Below are positions 8,920-16,728 of a stretch of DNA of 22,551 nt, piece after piece. The DNA comes from an uncultured virus (IMG/VR IMGVR_UViG_3300033997_000210). Lineage: Duplodnaviria; Heunggongvirae; Uroviricota; Caudoviricetes. The notes beneath the pieces were generated by a model. It did not search any database. It saw only the letters and a list, made by a program, of their open reading frames with translations, and had not been told where the DNA came from. Both the position numbers and the translations under genes were made by a program. Numbering within the stretch: position 1 is the first letter of the stretch; every line of letters starts with the position of its first letter. The stretch lies in IMG/VR virus record IMGVR_UViG_3300033997_000210; one strand, 5' to 3'.

Positions 8920-9471
8920 TCAATCTCCGGTCATCGTCAGGCGGCGGTAGACCGCCGCTCGGGCACCTGCGACGTCTCCGACTTGGCTGTCGGCCTGAAT
9001 GCCTTGGGTGAAAGTGAAGTGCGATCGCACGGGCTTGGTGCGGTTCACTGCGTCAACGATCTGGTGCACGAACTCGGCTGATGAGTCCTGACCGCCGTCG
9101 CCGCTGATGGTTAGGAACAGGTCGAAGGTGTGCGGCTGGCCCTGTGGTGTGGACTGCCACCACTCGCGGATCTGGACCTGACCGCCAAAGCTGGCGACCA
9201 GGTCGGCGATGCTTTTGGCAGTGCCTTTGTGTCGCTGGATCTGGAACGAACTGGCGATGCGGGCACGCTTGATGCGCTCGGGCCAATCGCTGTCCCAGGT
9301 ATCGACCGACACGCTCCACGCGAGGAACGGCAGGAACTCGGCCGGGCAGTTCCACGGATTCCAGAGCGTGTCGTGCACCATCGGTACGGCCGACAGCTGA
9401 GCGTCGGCGCGCTCTACCGCGCGCTCTAACGGCGTGGAGTTGGGTGGCAGCAGGGAAGCGGTGTCAGGCAT
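8920..9471 (-). CDS. Baseplate/tail protein I (P2 gpI-like)
   Basis: SLLPPNSTPLER, LWNPWNCP..FLPFLAW..SVD.WD, HKGT, EWWQ, KPVRSH. Confidence 0.94.
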   Translation of the reverse strand: MPDTASLLPPNSTPLERAVERADAQLSAVPMVHDTLWNPWNCPAEFLPFLAWSVSVDTWDSDWPERIKRARIASSFQIQRHKGTAKSIADLVASFGGQVQIREWWQSTPQGQPHTFDLFLTISGDGGQDSSAEFVHQIVDAVNRTKPVRSHFTFTQGIQADSQVGDVAGARAAVYRRLTMTGD

Positions 9472-10354
9472 CGGTGCCGCCGTGCTCGATCACCACGCGG
9501 GTGCAGAACGGCGCAGACTGCGCATCCACCGGCATATCGGCCGTGGGCGCCATCAGCTGCACACGGTGGACGCCATCGACGTGCAGGGCCGAGTAGAGCG
9601 CCGACAGCGGCACGTCGCGGCCCAGGCGCTGGGTCTGCTGCAGGAACAGATCCACGCGGCGGCGGGCCTCGGCCAGCACCAGGGCGCTGTCAGGGCCATT
9701 GAAGGTGACCAGCCGTGCGCGGATCTCGAACGGCTTGACGGTGGCTGGGGCCACGGTCACGTAGTCGGTCAGCGGGCGCACGTTGTCGTTGAGCAGTGCG
9801 GCCTCGACGATCTTCAACAGATCGGCCGACGGTGTGCCGTTGCCCTGCCGCGACAGGACCGTGACCGCCACCTTGCCCGGCGACGGGCTGGCCACGCTGG
9901 CGTCGAGCACGTCCGGGTGTGCCGATAGCGTGTGGAAGATGTAGGCGCCTTCGGGGCCGGCCACCGACAGGCTTTCCGGCGCCAGCTGGATGCGGCGGCG
10001 GAACGCGGCATCGTTCTCGTAGACGGCGGCTGTGTTGGTCTTTGGATCTGCCGGTTTCAACAGCTTGCGCTGCACGCCGAACGGCACCGCGAGGTTGTCC
10101 AGATCGGCGCCCATGGAGTAGGGCAGCAGCAGGCCGCGTGCGCGCTGGTTGAACTGCTCACGCAGTACCAGCTCGCGGTACGCGCTGGCCTGCAGCAGCT
10201 TCATCACCGGATCGGATTCGACCAGGGCGGTGTAGTCGGGGCACAGGCGGCGGAACTCGGCCAGGCGCTCGGCCAAGATGGCCTCGAACGTGCGCTGTTC
10301 GAAGATGTCCGGCGCCGGCAGCTTATCGACTTCGATGGCGGTAAATGAGGACAC
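9464..10354 (-). CDS. Baseplate assembly protein J
   Basis: LPAPD, ESDP..KLL, SVAGPEGAYIFH, VRPLTD.V.V motifs; GTG start. Confidence 0.94.
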   Translation of the reverse strand: MSSFTAIEVDKLPAPDIFEQRTFEAILAERLAEFRRLCPDYTALVESDPVMKLLQASAYRELVLREQFNQRARGLLLPYSMGADLDNLAVPFGVQRKLLKPADPKTNTAAVYENDAAFRRRIQLAPESLSVAGPEGAYIFHTLSAHPDVLDASVASPSPGKVAVTVLSRQGNGTPSADLLKIVEAALLNDNVRPLTDYVTVAPATVKPFEIRARLVTFNGPDSALVLAEARRRVDLFLQQTQRLGRDVPLSALYSALHVDGVHRVQLMAPTADMPVDAQSAPFCTRVVIEHGGTDA

Positions 10355-10381
10355 GGATGCACCGGCTGATGGGTCCGGTCC

Positions 10382-10440
10382 AGATTCCCATCGCGCGCGC
10401 GCGAGGCTGCGGAATGCAGCGTGTAGCGCGGCCGCTTACG
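10382..10440 (-). promoter_or_regulatory. Putative late promoter for the J-I-H-G operon
   Basis: Dyad CGT-N13-ACA (10440-10422), 34 nt, -10-like GAATCT (10387-10382). Confidence 0.65.
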
Positions 10441-10902
10441 CTACAGCGTGTGCAGGTGATCGAGGATCAGCTCGCGTATCAGCTGTTCGTCGGCGTTGGT
10501 GAAGCCGAGCAGCACGCGTCGCGCGTAGGTGACGCGGGGGCCACCCTTGCTCACGGTATCGGTGCGGCCTTCTTGGTGAATGCGGGCGATGCGCGAGACG
10601 CGCCCGGCGAAGCCCACCGCCGCCTCGCTCGCACTGGCACGCACCCGCAGGTGCTTGGCCTGCCGGATCTTTCCGAACATGACGCGCCGCTTGATGCGGC
10701 CGGCTTTGGCCCGTCGCGGCGGTGGGTTGCGTCGAGCTGCAAAGGGGGTGCCATCAGGATTCTGCTGGCTGGCGATGCGCATCTGCTGCGAGCGGCGCAC
10801 GGCGGTGCCAACCTTGCGCGCCAAGCGGCTGCGCTCAGAGGCGCTCAGGCTCTGCAGCAGCGGTGCCACCCAAGCCTCCAGCCGCTGCAGATCCTCGCTC
10901 AT
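10441..10902 (-). CDS. Virion morphogenesis / tail completion protein S
   Basis: LRRSQQ.RI..Q.NPDG..F..R-like motif, MF.K, ARIHQ.G, RVLLGF. Confidence 0.92.
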   Translation of the reverse strand: MSEDLQRLEAWVAPLLQSLSASERSRLARKVGTAVRRSQQMRIASQQNPDGTPFAARRNPPPRRAKAGRIKRRVMFGKIRQAKHLRVRASASEAAVGFAGRVSRIARIHQEGRTDTVSKGGPRVTYARRVLLGFTNADEQLIRELILDHLHTL

Positions 10903-11384
10903 TCAACGATGGCCGGCAGCGTTGCCACGACTTCGCCATCAGCGAACAGCGGGCCACCAGCCAGGGAGTGGCGGTGTTCCCATTCGGTGGGCGGTTCGGA
11001 CAGGTATTCCAGCTGGAATGCGCCGGCATTGTCTTGCACCACGCGCACGCGCTCGGTCAACGGCAGCTTGATGGCCAGATCCACCAGCGAGTCGCTCAGC
11101 ACGTCGACCACGAAGGTCAGCTTCTCGCGGTTTTCGGGGTTGGCCAGTAGCTCAGGTTGATGCCGGGTAAGCCACTGCAGCAGCGGCACCATGACGGCCT
11201 CGGGCGCCCCGGCGAAGTCACGCAGGATCAGTTCGAGGGTGTAGCGGTACTGGAAGGACAGGCCCGCCGTGAAGCTGGCCACCAGCCCGCCGTCGTCCAC
11301 GAACACCAGCAGGCGTTCCGGATCGGCGGCGAGCGTCGGCATTGCCGCGATCAGGTGCTGGCGGAGCAGTTGGGGCTTCTTCAT
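10899..11384 (-). CDS. Tail completion protein R
   Basis: MKKPQLLR, PERL.VFVD.G, SFQYRYTL, L.LTERV; ATG at 11384 overlaps the spanin stop (ATGA). Confidence 0.92.
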   Translation of the reverse strand: MKKPQLLRQHLIAAMPTLAADPERLLVFVDDGGLVASFTAGLSFQYRYTLELILRDFAGAPEAVMVPLLQWLTRHQPELLANPENREKLTFVVDVLSDSLVDLAIKLPLTERVRVVQDNAGAFQLEYLSEPPTEWEHRHSLAGGPLFADGEVVATLPAIVE

Positions 11385-11902
11385 CGCCGCGCGCACTCGG
11401 CCAGGGCGGTGTGCAGCTGGGTGACCAGCTGCTGCAGCGCCGTCACCTGCTCGGCGGCGGCGTGGTACTGGCCGTAGTTGGCTGCGGTGGTTTCGGCGAC
11501 GGCAGAGAGCGTAACGCCGGCAGCGGGCGCATCAGGATCGCCGGCAGTTCCGGTGGGGGCGATGCCTGCCGCAGCGGCGTCGTGGATGTGCACGAAGCCA
11601 GCAGGCACAGCGCAAGCGGCATCAGCAGTCGGAGTGACATAGACGGGAACCTCTTTGGTAATGGTGGCGCCGCGTTCGCGCACGATCTGTACGCGATCCA
11701 CATACTTGGTCACGACGCGGGTGGTGCCCTGTGCCAGTTCCAGCTTGCCGGCCAGATCCTTCTTCTCGGCCTTGGCGCTGGCCAGGGCAACGTTGGCGCG
11801 GTCCAGTGCTGCAGTGGCGCGGCTCACGCGCGCCTGCTGGCAGCTGAAAAGGCCGGCGGTGCCGGCGATCAGGACCACGATGGCAAGGGCGCGGTATAGC
11901 AT
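11381..11902 (-). CDS. Rz-like inner-membrane spanin (i-spanin)
   Basis: N-terminal TM helix, Ala-rich coiled coil, VVTKYVDRV...KEVPVYV...C; follows the endolysin; contains an embedded lipoprotein ORF. Confidence 0.8.
   Translation of the reverse strand: MLYRALAIVVLIAGTAGLFSCQQARVSRATAALDRANVALASAKAEKKDLAGKLELAQGTTRVVTKYVDRVQIVRERGATITKEVPVYVTPTADAACAVPAGFVHIHDAAAAGIAPTGTAGDPDAPAAGVTLSAVAETTAANYGQYHAAAEQVTALQQLVTQLHTALAECARR
11443..11640 (-). CDS. Rz1-like outer-membrane lipoprotein (o-spanin), fully embedded in the i-spanin gene
   Basis: MSLRLLMPLALCLLASC|TSTTP...; lipobox LASC, Pro-rich mature part, GAGG SD 9 nt upstream. Confidence 0.8.
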   Translation of the reverse strand: MSLRLLMPLALCLLASCTSTTPLRQASPPPELPAILMRPLPALRSLPSPKPPQPTTASTTPPPSR

Positions 11903-12537
11903 CAGCGTGCGCCCAGCACGGCTAGGGCGCGGTTGGTGCGTGCCGTGCGGTCGGCCATCCCGTTCGGGGTGGCGCGGCTGCGGGCGTTGCCCAGGTTCAC
12001 CACGCGGCTGACGCTCAGCACGTCGCGCTGGTCGGCGTAGGCGTTGAGCCGGTTGTCGTGCCAGAACGCCGCCGCCGCCATGGCGCCGATTTCCGGTTCG
12101 ATCAGCAGGGCAGGCACCTCTTCCAGCGGCTGGCCGATCAGGTGGCCGATGTTCTCGTAGTTGCCCCTGCCCGTGTGCATCATTGGGCCACGGCCGCGAT
12201 ACAGGTAGCCGTCGCCATTGGCCTCGTTGCCATTGCCGTTGCGGTTGGCATAGACGCGGTTGCCCAGCTTCGCCGGCTGGTGGACGAATGCAGCCGCCTC
12301 GGGGCCTTCGACGTACTTGCCGAACACTTCGAGCAGGCGCTCGCGGCTGTAACTGAGCGATTCCTCGACGCGCGACAGGCTCAGGCTTTCATGGCCGACC
12401 TGCGCGAGGAAGTAGGCGGCGCGCACGGGGGTGTTGATCCCGAAGCGCTTCATCGCCGCATTGAACGGCGCCACCCAGCGCTGAGCACGGGCGAGCGGGC
12501 ATTGCATGATCTGCGCCAGTTGTGAGGCGGTCAGCAC
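11902..12537 (-). CDS. Endolysin, glycoside hydrolase family 19 (chitinase-like)
   Basis: FLAQVGHES, LGNRVYANRNGNG, YRGRG...TGR.NY motifs; in the lysis cassette. Confidence 0.92.
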   Translation of the reverse strand: MLTASQLAQIMQCPLARAQRWVAPFNAAMKRFGINTPVRAAYFLAQVGHESLSLSRVEESLSYSRERLLEVFGKYVEGPEAAAFVHQPAKLGNRVYANRNGNGNEANGDGYLYRGRGPMMHTGRGNYENIGHLIGQPLEEVPALLIEPEIGAMAAAAFWHDNRLNAYADQRDVLSVSRVVNLGNARSRATPNGMADRTARTNRALAVLGAR

Positions 12538-12538
12538 G

Positions 12539-12814
12539 TCAGTTGCTCCCGAACAGGTGCGCGACGTTGCCGCGCGAACGATAGGTGGCCACCAGCAGGA
12601 CCAGCAGTAGTAGCAGCTGCCAGACGGTGACGTGGACGCGGGCGCCCTGCAGCATGATCTGTAGGGCCAGGCCGCCGGTGGCGGCGATCAGCAGCCATGC
12701 GCACCAGGCCATGGCGGGGCGGTGGTTGGCGCCGGGGGCCGGGCGGTAGGTCAGCAGGCGGATGCAGATGGCCAGGCTGCACAGCAGCGTGGCAGTGGTC
12801 AGGAACTCAGCCAT
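12539..12814 (-). CDS. Holin-family membrane protein
   Basis: 91 aa, about 3 hydrophobic segments, C-terminal RSRGNVA; GGAGG SD before ATG 12814. Confidence 0.78.
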   Translation of the reverse strand: MAEFLTTATLLCSLAICIRLLTYRPAPGANHRPAMAWCAWLLIAATGGLALQIMLQGARVHVTVWQLLLLLVLLVATYRSRGNVAHLFGSN

Positions 12815-13160
12815 CGGAGCCTCCACGCGGCAGTCGGGTCACGTCAGCCGAGCGGCTGCGCTCGATCAGGCTCAGGGTGAGGGTGACGATGACCGCCGCA
12901 CAGATGAACGCGGCAAGGCCCGTGGACACCACGCCGAAGCGCTGCATCACCTCGGTGCCGCCCAGGTAGCCGGCCACCACGCTGATGGCCAGATACACCA
13001 GGCGCTTCCAGATCGGCAGATTCTTGGCCGACACGACGAACAGGGTGGCGCCGGCGAACGCGCCCAGGAACGCATCGGTTTGGATCCCCGGCAGGATCGA
13101 CGCAAGGCCGACGCCCGTTGCCAGTGCGGCCATGCTGCCGGTAGAGGTTGGTTCGGTCAT
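12807..13160 (-). CDS. Putative holin/antiholin membrane protein
   Basis: MTEPTS...GAFAGA.LFV; several hydrophobic segments; between X and the holin. Confidence 0.72.
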   Translation of the reverse strand: MTEPTSTGSMAALATGVGLASILPGIQTDAFLGAFAGATLFVVSAKNLPIWKRLVYLAISVVAGYLGGTEVMQRFGVVSTGLAAFICAAVIVTLTLSLIERSRSADVTRLPRGGSDG

Positions 13161-13162
13161 CT

Positions 13163-13378
13163 TCAATCCCATAGCTGAACAAGGGGGCGCATCGCGGCGC
13201 CAGTGGACGGTGCGGGTACGTCGGGGAGCAACACGACAGTGCCGATGGGCAGGACCGGCCCATGCAGGCTGATGCCGTAGTTCAGTGCGTGCGCCTTCTC
13301 GACCATGCCGGCGGTGGTGCCCAGATGGCGGTGGCAGAGCGCGTCGAGCGTGTCGCCCTGCATCGAGAGGACGCGCAT
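13163..13378 (-). CDS. Tail protein X (P2 gpX, LysM-like)
   Basis: QGDTLDALC.RH.G.T...VE, GPVLP.GT.V.LP, VQLWD. Confidence 0.93.
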   Translation of the reverse strand: MRVLSMQGDTLDALCHRHLGTTAGMVEKAHALNYGISLHGPVLPIGTVVLLPDVPAPSTGAAMRPLVQLWD

Positions 13379-13845
13379 CAGATCAGTTCCACCGTGACGC
13401 GCGGCAGGCCCTGCAGGTCGCAGATGGCGTTGCGCAGATCGCGGCGGATCTCGTCAATGGTCGGGGTCAATTCCTCCGCACGCTGGTTGCCCTGTGCGGT
13501 GGCGTCATAGGAGCGGTAGCGTTCGTGCAGTTCGACGGCGGTAGCGCATCCGACAGCACGCAGGTACAGATGCACCAGCCGGGTGCTGCCGTCGATCACC
13601 GGTGCCGGCACTTCGGCCAAGGTGGCGTAGCCGGCGGCTTCCTTGCCTGCCTGCCACGCTTCCAGTTCCCGCGTTACGTCCATGACGGCCGACACCACGG
13701 TGCTGCGCATCCGGGGCGCCGGTATGTCGCCGGGGACGCGGATCGCCTCGCGCAGTGCAACCACGTCGATCTCCGGCCAGAACGCGCCGGCGGTGACGTT
13801 GGGTTGCTTGGCGGCGGGTGATGCGTTGGCAACAAAGCTGCTCAT
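13378..13845 (-). CDS. Head completion/stabilisation protein L
   Basis: FWPEID, Y.RAV, ERYRSYDAT..G, R.AI.D..G.PR.TVELI; GAGG SD before ATG 13845. Confidence 0.92.
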   Translation of the reverse strand: MSSFVANASPAAKQPNVTAGAFWPEIDVVALREAIRVPGDIPAPRMRSTVVSAVMDVTRELEAWQAGKEAAGYATLAEVPAPVIDGSTRLVHLYLRAVGCATAVELHERYRSYDATAQGNQRAEELTPTIDEIRRDLRNAICDLQGLPRVTVELI

Positions 13846-13949
13846 GGTGGCCTCGTAGGTCGCCGGTGGTCGGGGCGTCACACCAAGGGAGAGAGGTCTT
13901 GGTGATCGGCCCCGAGCCGGCGGGGTTGCGGGGTACGCTCGGTGTGAGG

Positions 13950-14657
13950 TCAGTCGTTGGACTGACTGGCCTCGAACTTCTTCATCAGGCGCTCGGCGCG
14001 CTTGAGGTCTTCCTTGCCCCCGCAGGCGTCATGCAGCTGGATGGCCTTGCGCAGATCGTCGATGACCTGGCCGACAGCCTCCGCATCCAGCGGCGCGTCG
14101 TCGGTATCCGTTGCGAGCCGGCCACGGCCACGCGCCACCAGGAGGCGGGCTTGCACTTCGTCGGGCATGTCCTGGCCATCGGTCAGCGCCACCGCACGGT
14201 CAAGCACAGCCAGATCGAACGGTGCGCTGGTCTTGAGCGCGTTCAGGGCGGACTGTCCGATTTCTTCGGCAACCACGCAGCCTGCAGTTCGCTTGTGCGT
14301 GTCCGGCATATCCAGCCCGTGTGCAAGCACGTATTGCGCAATGTCCAGCCCGGCATCGAATTGACCGGCATCGAAGTGCCAGAGCATCAGCGTGGAGACG
14401 ATGTCGTCCTTGCCACCCGCGTTGGCGGACAGCACGCCCTCCAGATACGGAGCATAGGAGGGCAGCAGTGCCACCTTGAGCTGCGCCTTGCCTTGGGTGG
14501 ACTGGATCTGTTTCAGGCGGGCGCGGTCGGCCGTCAGACGCACCTGCATCTGCTGGTAGATGGTGGTCCCTTCCATCAGGTTGCTGCCGGCGGTGCGCGC
14601 CGCTTCCTTGGCGGCGAGCGCACGCTTCACGTGGCGACTGGCGGGTGAGTCGGCCAT
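13950..14657 (-). CDS. Terminase endonuclease/small subunit M
   Basis: SPA.RH, D..RLK.IQS, LLP.Y.PY..GVL, DMPDEV.A.L motifs. Confidence 0.93.
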   Translation of the reverse strand: MADSPASRHVKRALAAKEAARTAGSNLMEGTTIYQQMQVRLTADRARLKQIQSTQGKAQLKVALLPSYAPYLEGVLSANAGGKDDIVSTLMLWHFDAGQFDAGLDIAQYVLAHGLDMPDTHKRTAGCVVAEEIGQSALNALKTSAPFDLAVLDRAVALTDGQDMPDEVQARLLVARGRGRLATDTDDAPLDAEAVGQVIDDLRKAIQLHDACGGKEDLKRAERLMKKFEASQSND

Positions 14658-14660
14658 GGC

Positions 14661-15677
14661 TTAGGAACCGAACTCGATGTTCTCGGCGACGGCGCCCAGG
14701 CCGTAGTCCTCCACCACGTAGTCATCGTTGGACGACTCGAAGTTGGCGACCCGGTTCTTGTTCGGCTGCTCGATGATGTGGCGACGGCGTCCGCCGATCT
14801 GCCAGTACAGCGACAGATTGCTGAGCGAGGTCACCATCAGCGACTTGGCAGGGAAGAACGGCACGATGACCGGCTGCAGACCGCCGATGCGCTTGGTGCC
14901 CAAGATCAGTTCGGCCGCCAGCTTCTCGGTGGGCTTGTTGTCCTCGTTGAGGATCGGGAAGTACTTGTCGTGGACCAGCTGACGGCCACAGATCACCACC
15001 AGGCTCGGATCTTCCTGATGCCACGGGTCGATCAGGTTGGAGACCAGGTCGAACACCAGCGCGTCGATGTTGCCGTAGTCGGCGCCCGTACCGCCCACCT
15101 TGATCTTGCCCGTACCTTCCTTGCCTTCGCGCATCAGGCGCTCGGGGGCGTGTTCGCGGTACTTCTGCAGCCAGCCCTTGTTCACGTCCTCCAGCATCGG
15201 GTTGGCCTTGCGGTCGGTGTTCTTGGCGATGCTGGTGCCGTGCCAGCCGATCATGATGCGGTCCAGCGCCTGGCGATGGATGATCGCGTCGCGGATCAGG
15301 GTCTGGAACTCGGGACGGTGTGCCCAGGCGTCGAGCCGGGAATAGGTCAGCGCGGTGTCGAAGTCCGTTTTCTGGCACTCGTACACGTTGGAGTCCAGCG
15401 CGCTCGGATCGGTGGGGTTGCGCTCGCCGTTGCCGCTGGTGTCAGTGCGGCCGGCGATGGTTCCGCTGATGCCCACACCGACCTTTTCGCCCTTGAGTTC
15501 GTTGACTGGGACCATGTTGATCGCCTGCAGGAACGAGCTGTCTTCCTGCATGCGCGCTTCGAGGCGCTGCTGTACTTCCGGCTCCACGGAGAAGGTGTTG
15601 GCGACGCCGCTGACGTTGTTCAGCTTTGCGATCTGCTGGGTAAAGCCGTCGAACTTGTGACGGGTTTCGGTACGCAT
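14661..15677 (-). CDS. Major capsid protein N (P2 family)
   Basis: FSVEP.VQQ.LE, IAGRTDT, LDAWA, ALDRIMIGW.G, DVNKGWLQKYR, YVVEDY. Confidence 0.97.
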   Translation of the reverse strand: MRTETRHKFDGFTQQIAKLNNVSGVANTFSVEPEVQQRLEARMQEDSSFLQAINMVPVNELKGEKVGVGISGTIAGRTDTSGNGERNPTDPSALDSNVYECQKTDFDTALTYSRLDAWAHRPEFQTLIRDAIIHRQALDRIMIGWHGTSIAKNTDRKANPMLEDVNKGWLQKYREHAPERLMREGKEGTGKIKVGGTGADYGNIDALVFDLVSNLIDPWHQEDPSLVVICGRQLVHDKYFPILNEDNKPTEKLAAELILGTKRIGGLQPVIVPFFPAKSLMVTSLSNLSLYWQIGGRRRHIIEQPNKNRVANFESSNDDYVVEDYGLGAVAENIEFGS

Positions 15678-15713
15678 GGGATAGCTCCGGAATCGTGAAA
15701 GAGGTGGGCGCGA

Positions 15714-16574
15714 TCAGAAGTCGGTGAAGTTGGCGGTGTCCACGTCCTTGCCACCGGGCACAGGCGGGCGTTGGGTGAATGCCTGCGGGGTTTCGTCCAG
15801 CTTCTTGCGCAGGCCGTTAACCTGAGTGGACAGCGCCTGCACCTGCTCGCGCAGTTCGCGGTTGTCCTGGCTGAGCTTGGCCATCGCGGCGTCCTGCTCG
15901 CCCACCGCGCTGAAAAGCTTGGTGGCGAACTCAGCCACGTCGAACTCGGAATCTTCCTTGGCCGGCGCCGGTGCGGGCTTCTTGCCCAAGCCCAAGCTCG
16001 AAAGGAACGCGGCGACCGGGCCGGGGCGTGCCTCCGGCTCATCCTCGACCGTGAACTTGATGATGGTCTCGGCGGCCTCGGTGAACAGGTTCTCCGGAGC
16101 CTGCTTGCGATCCTTGAGCGGGCTGCTGTCGGGATTCTGTGCCGAGAATGCGAGCATGCTGGTGCCGAGGCTGGCCGGTGAGTCGGTGACTGCAAGGCCG
16201 AACAGGTACGCCTTGCCGCTGTCGGCGAACTCCGGCGAAATCTCAATGCTGGTGAAAACCTTCTGCTTGCGCACGTTCACCATATCGACCAGGTCATCGG
16301 TCGGTTCGACCTGCGCGAACAGGGCCAGCTTCTTCTTGCCGGCGATGTCCACTTCCTCGGCTTTGACCGCCAGCACGTCGCCATAGGCGCGGAACGGGCT
16401 GTCCGGCAGCGTGCTGCGGAAGTGTTCCAGCCAGATGCGCGCGCCGTACACCTGCGGATCGTAGGTTTCGGCAATGTCTGCGATCTGCTGTCGTTCGATC
16501 ACGCGGCCATCGGTGGTCGCGCCTTCGACGGCCACACGGAAGAACTCGGAACGCTTCTTGGTTTTGCTGGCCAT
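15714..16574 (-). CDS. Capsid scaffolding protein/protease O
   Basis: FRVAVEGATTDGR.I, YDP..YGARI..EH, YL.GLAVTDSPASLGT; AGAGGG SD before ATG 16574. Confidence 0.95.
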   Translation of the reverse strand: MASKTKKRSEFFRVAVEGATTDGRVIERQQIADIAETYDPQVYGARIWLEHFRSTLPDSPFRAYGDVLAVKAEEVDIAGKKKLALFAQVEPTDDLVDMVNVRKQKVFTSIEISPEFADSGKAYLFGLAVTDSPASLGTSMLAFSAQNPDSSPLKDRKQAPENLFTEAAETIIKFTVEDEPEARPGPVAAFLSSLGLGKKPAPAPAKEDSEFDVAEFATKLFSAVGEQDAAMAKLSQDNRELREQVQALSTQVNGLRKKLDETPQAFTQRPPVPGGKDVDTANFTDF

Positions 16575-16623
16575 CTCGCCCTCTGCTGGTGTCGGTGCGC
16601 ATCGGTTCTCGATGCGATGACCC

Positions 16624-16722
16624 ATGGTCGAATGAGGGCGAGTTGGCGGCAACGCTAACGATGTGTAAGCCGCTGTTCTACGGAGGGTTTTCGTGTCGCG
16701 CGCGCGTGACGCCGGGCAACCT
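16624..16722. promoter_or_regulatory. Divergent late promoters for O and P sharing one central activator dyad
   Basis: TGT-N13-ACG at 16664-16682; -10-like GACCAT (minus, 16629-16624) and CAACCT (plus, 16717-16722), each 34 nt from the dyad. Confidence 0.72.
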
Positions 16723-16728
16723 GTTCAC

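Noticed and set aside
11840..11902. LFSC in the i-spanin as a lipobox (unimolecular spanin)
   Set aside because: F at -2 is atypical, there is no C-terminal TM segment, and a proper o-spanin is embedded
4..16386. Many long plus-strand ORFs (e.g. 405-1769, 3231-4694, 8097-9011, 14778-15698)
   Set aside because: Antisense shadows of well-supported minus-strand phage genes, common in high-GC DNA; no recognisable motifs
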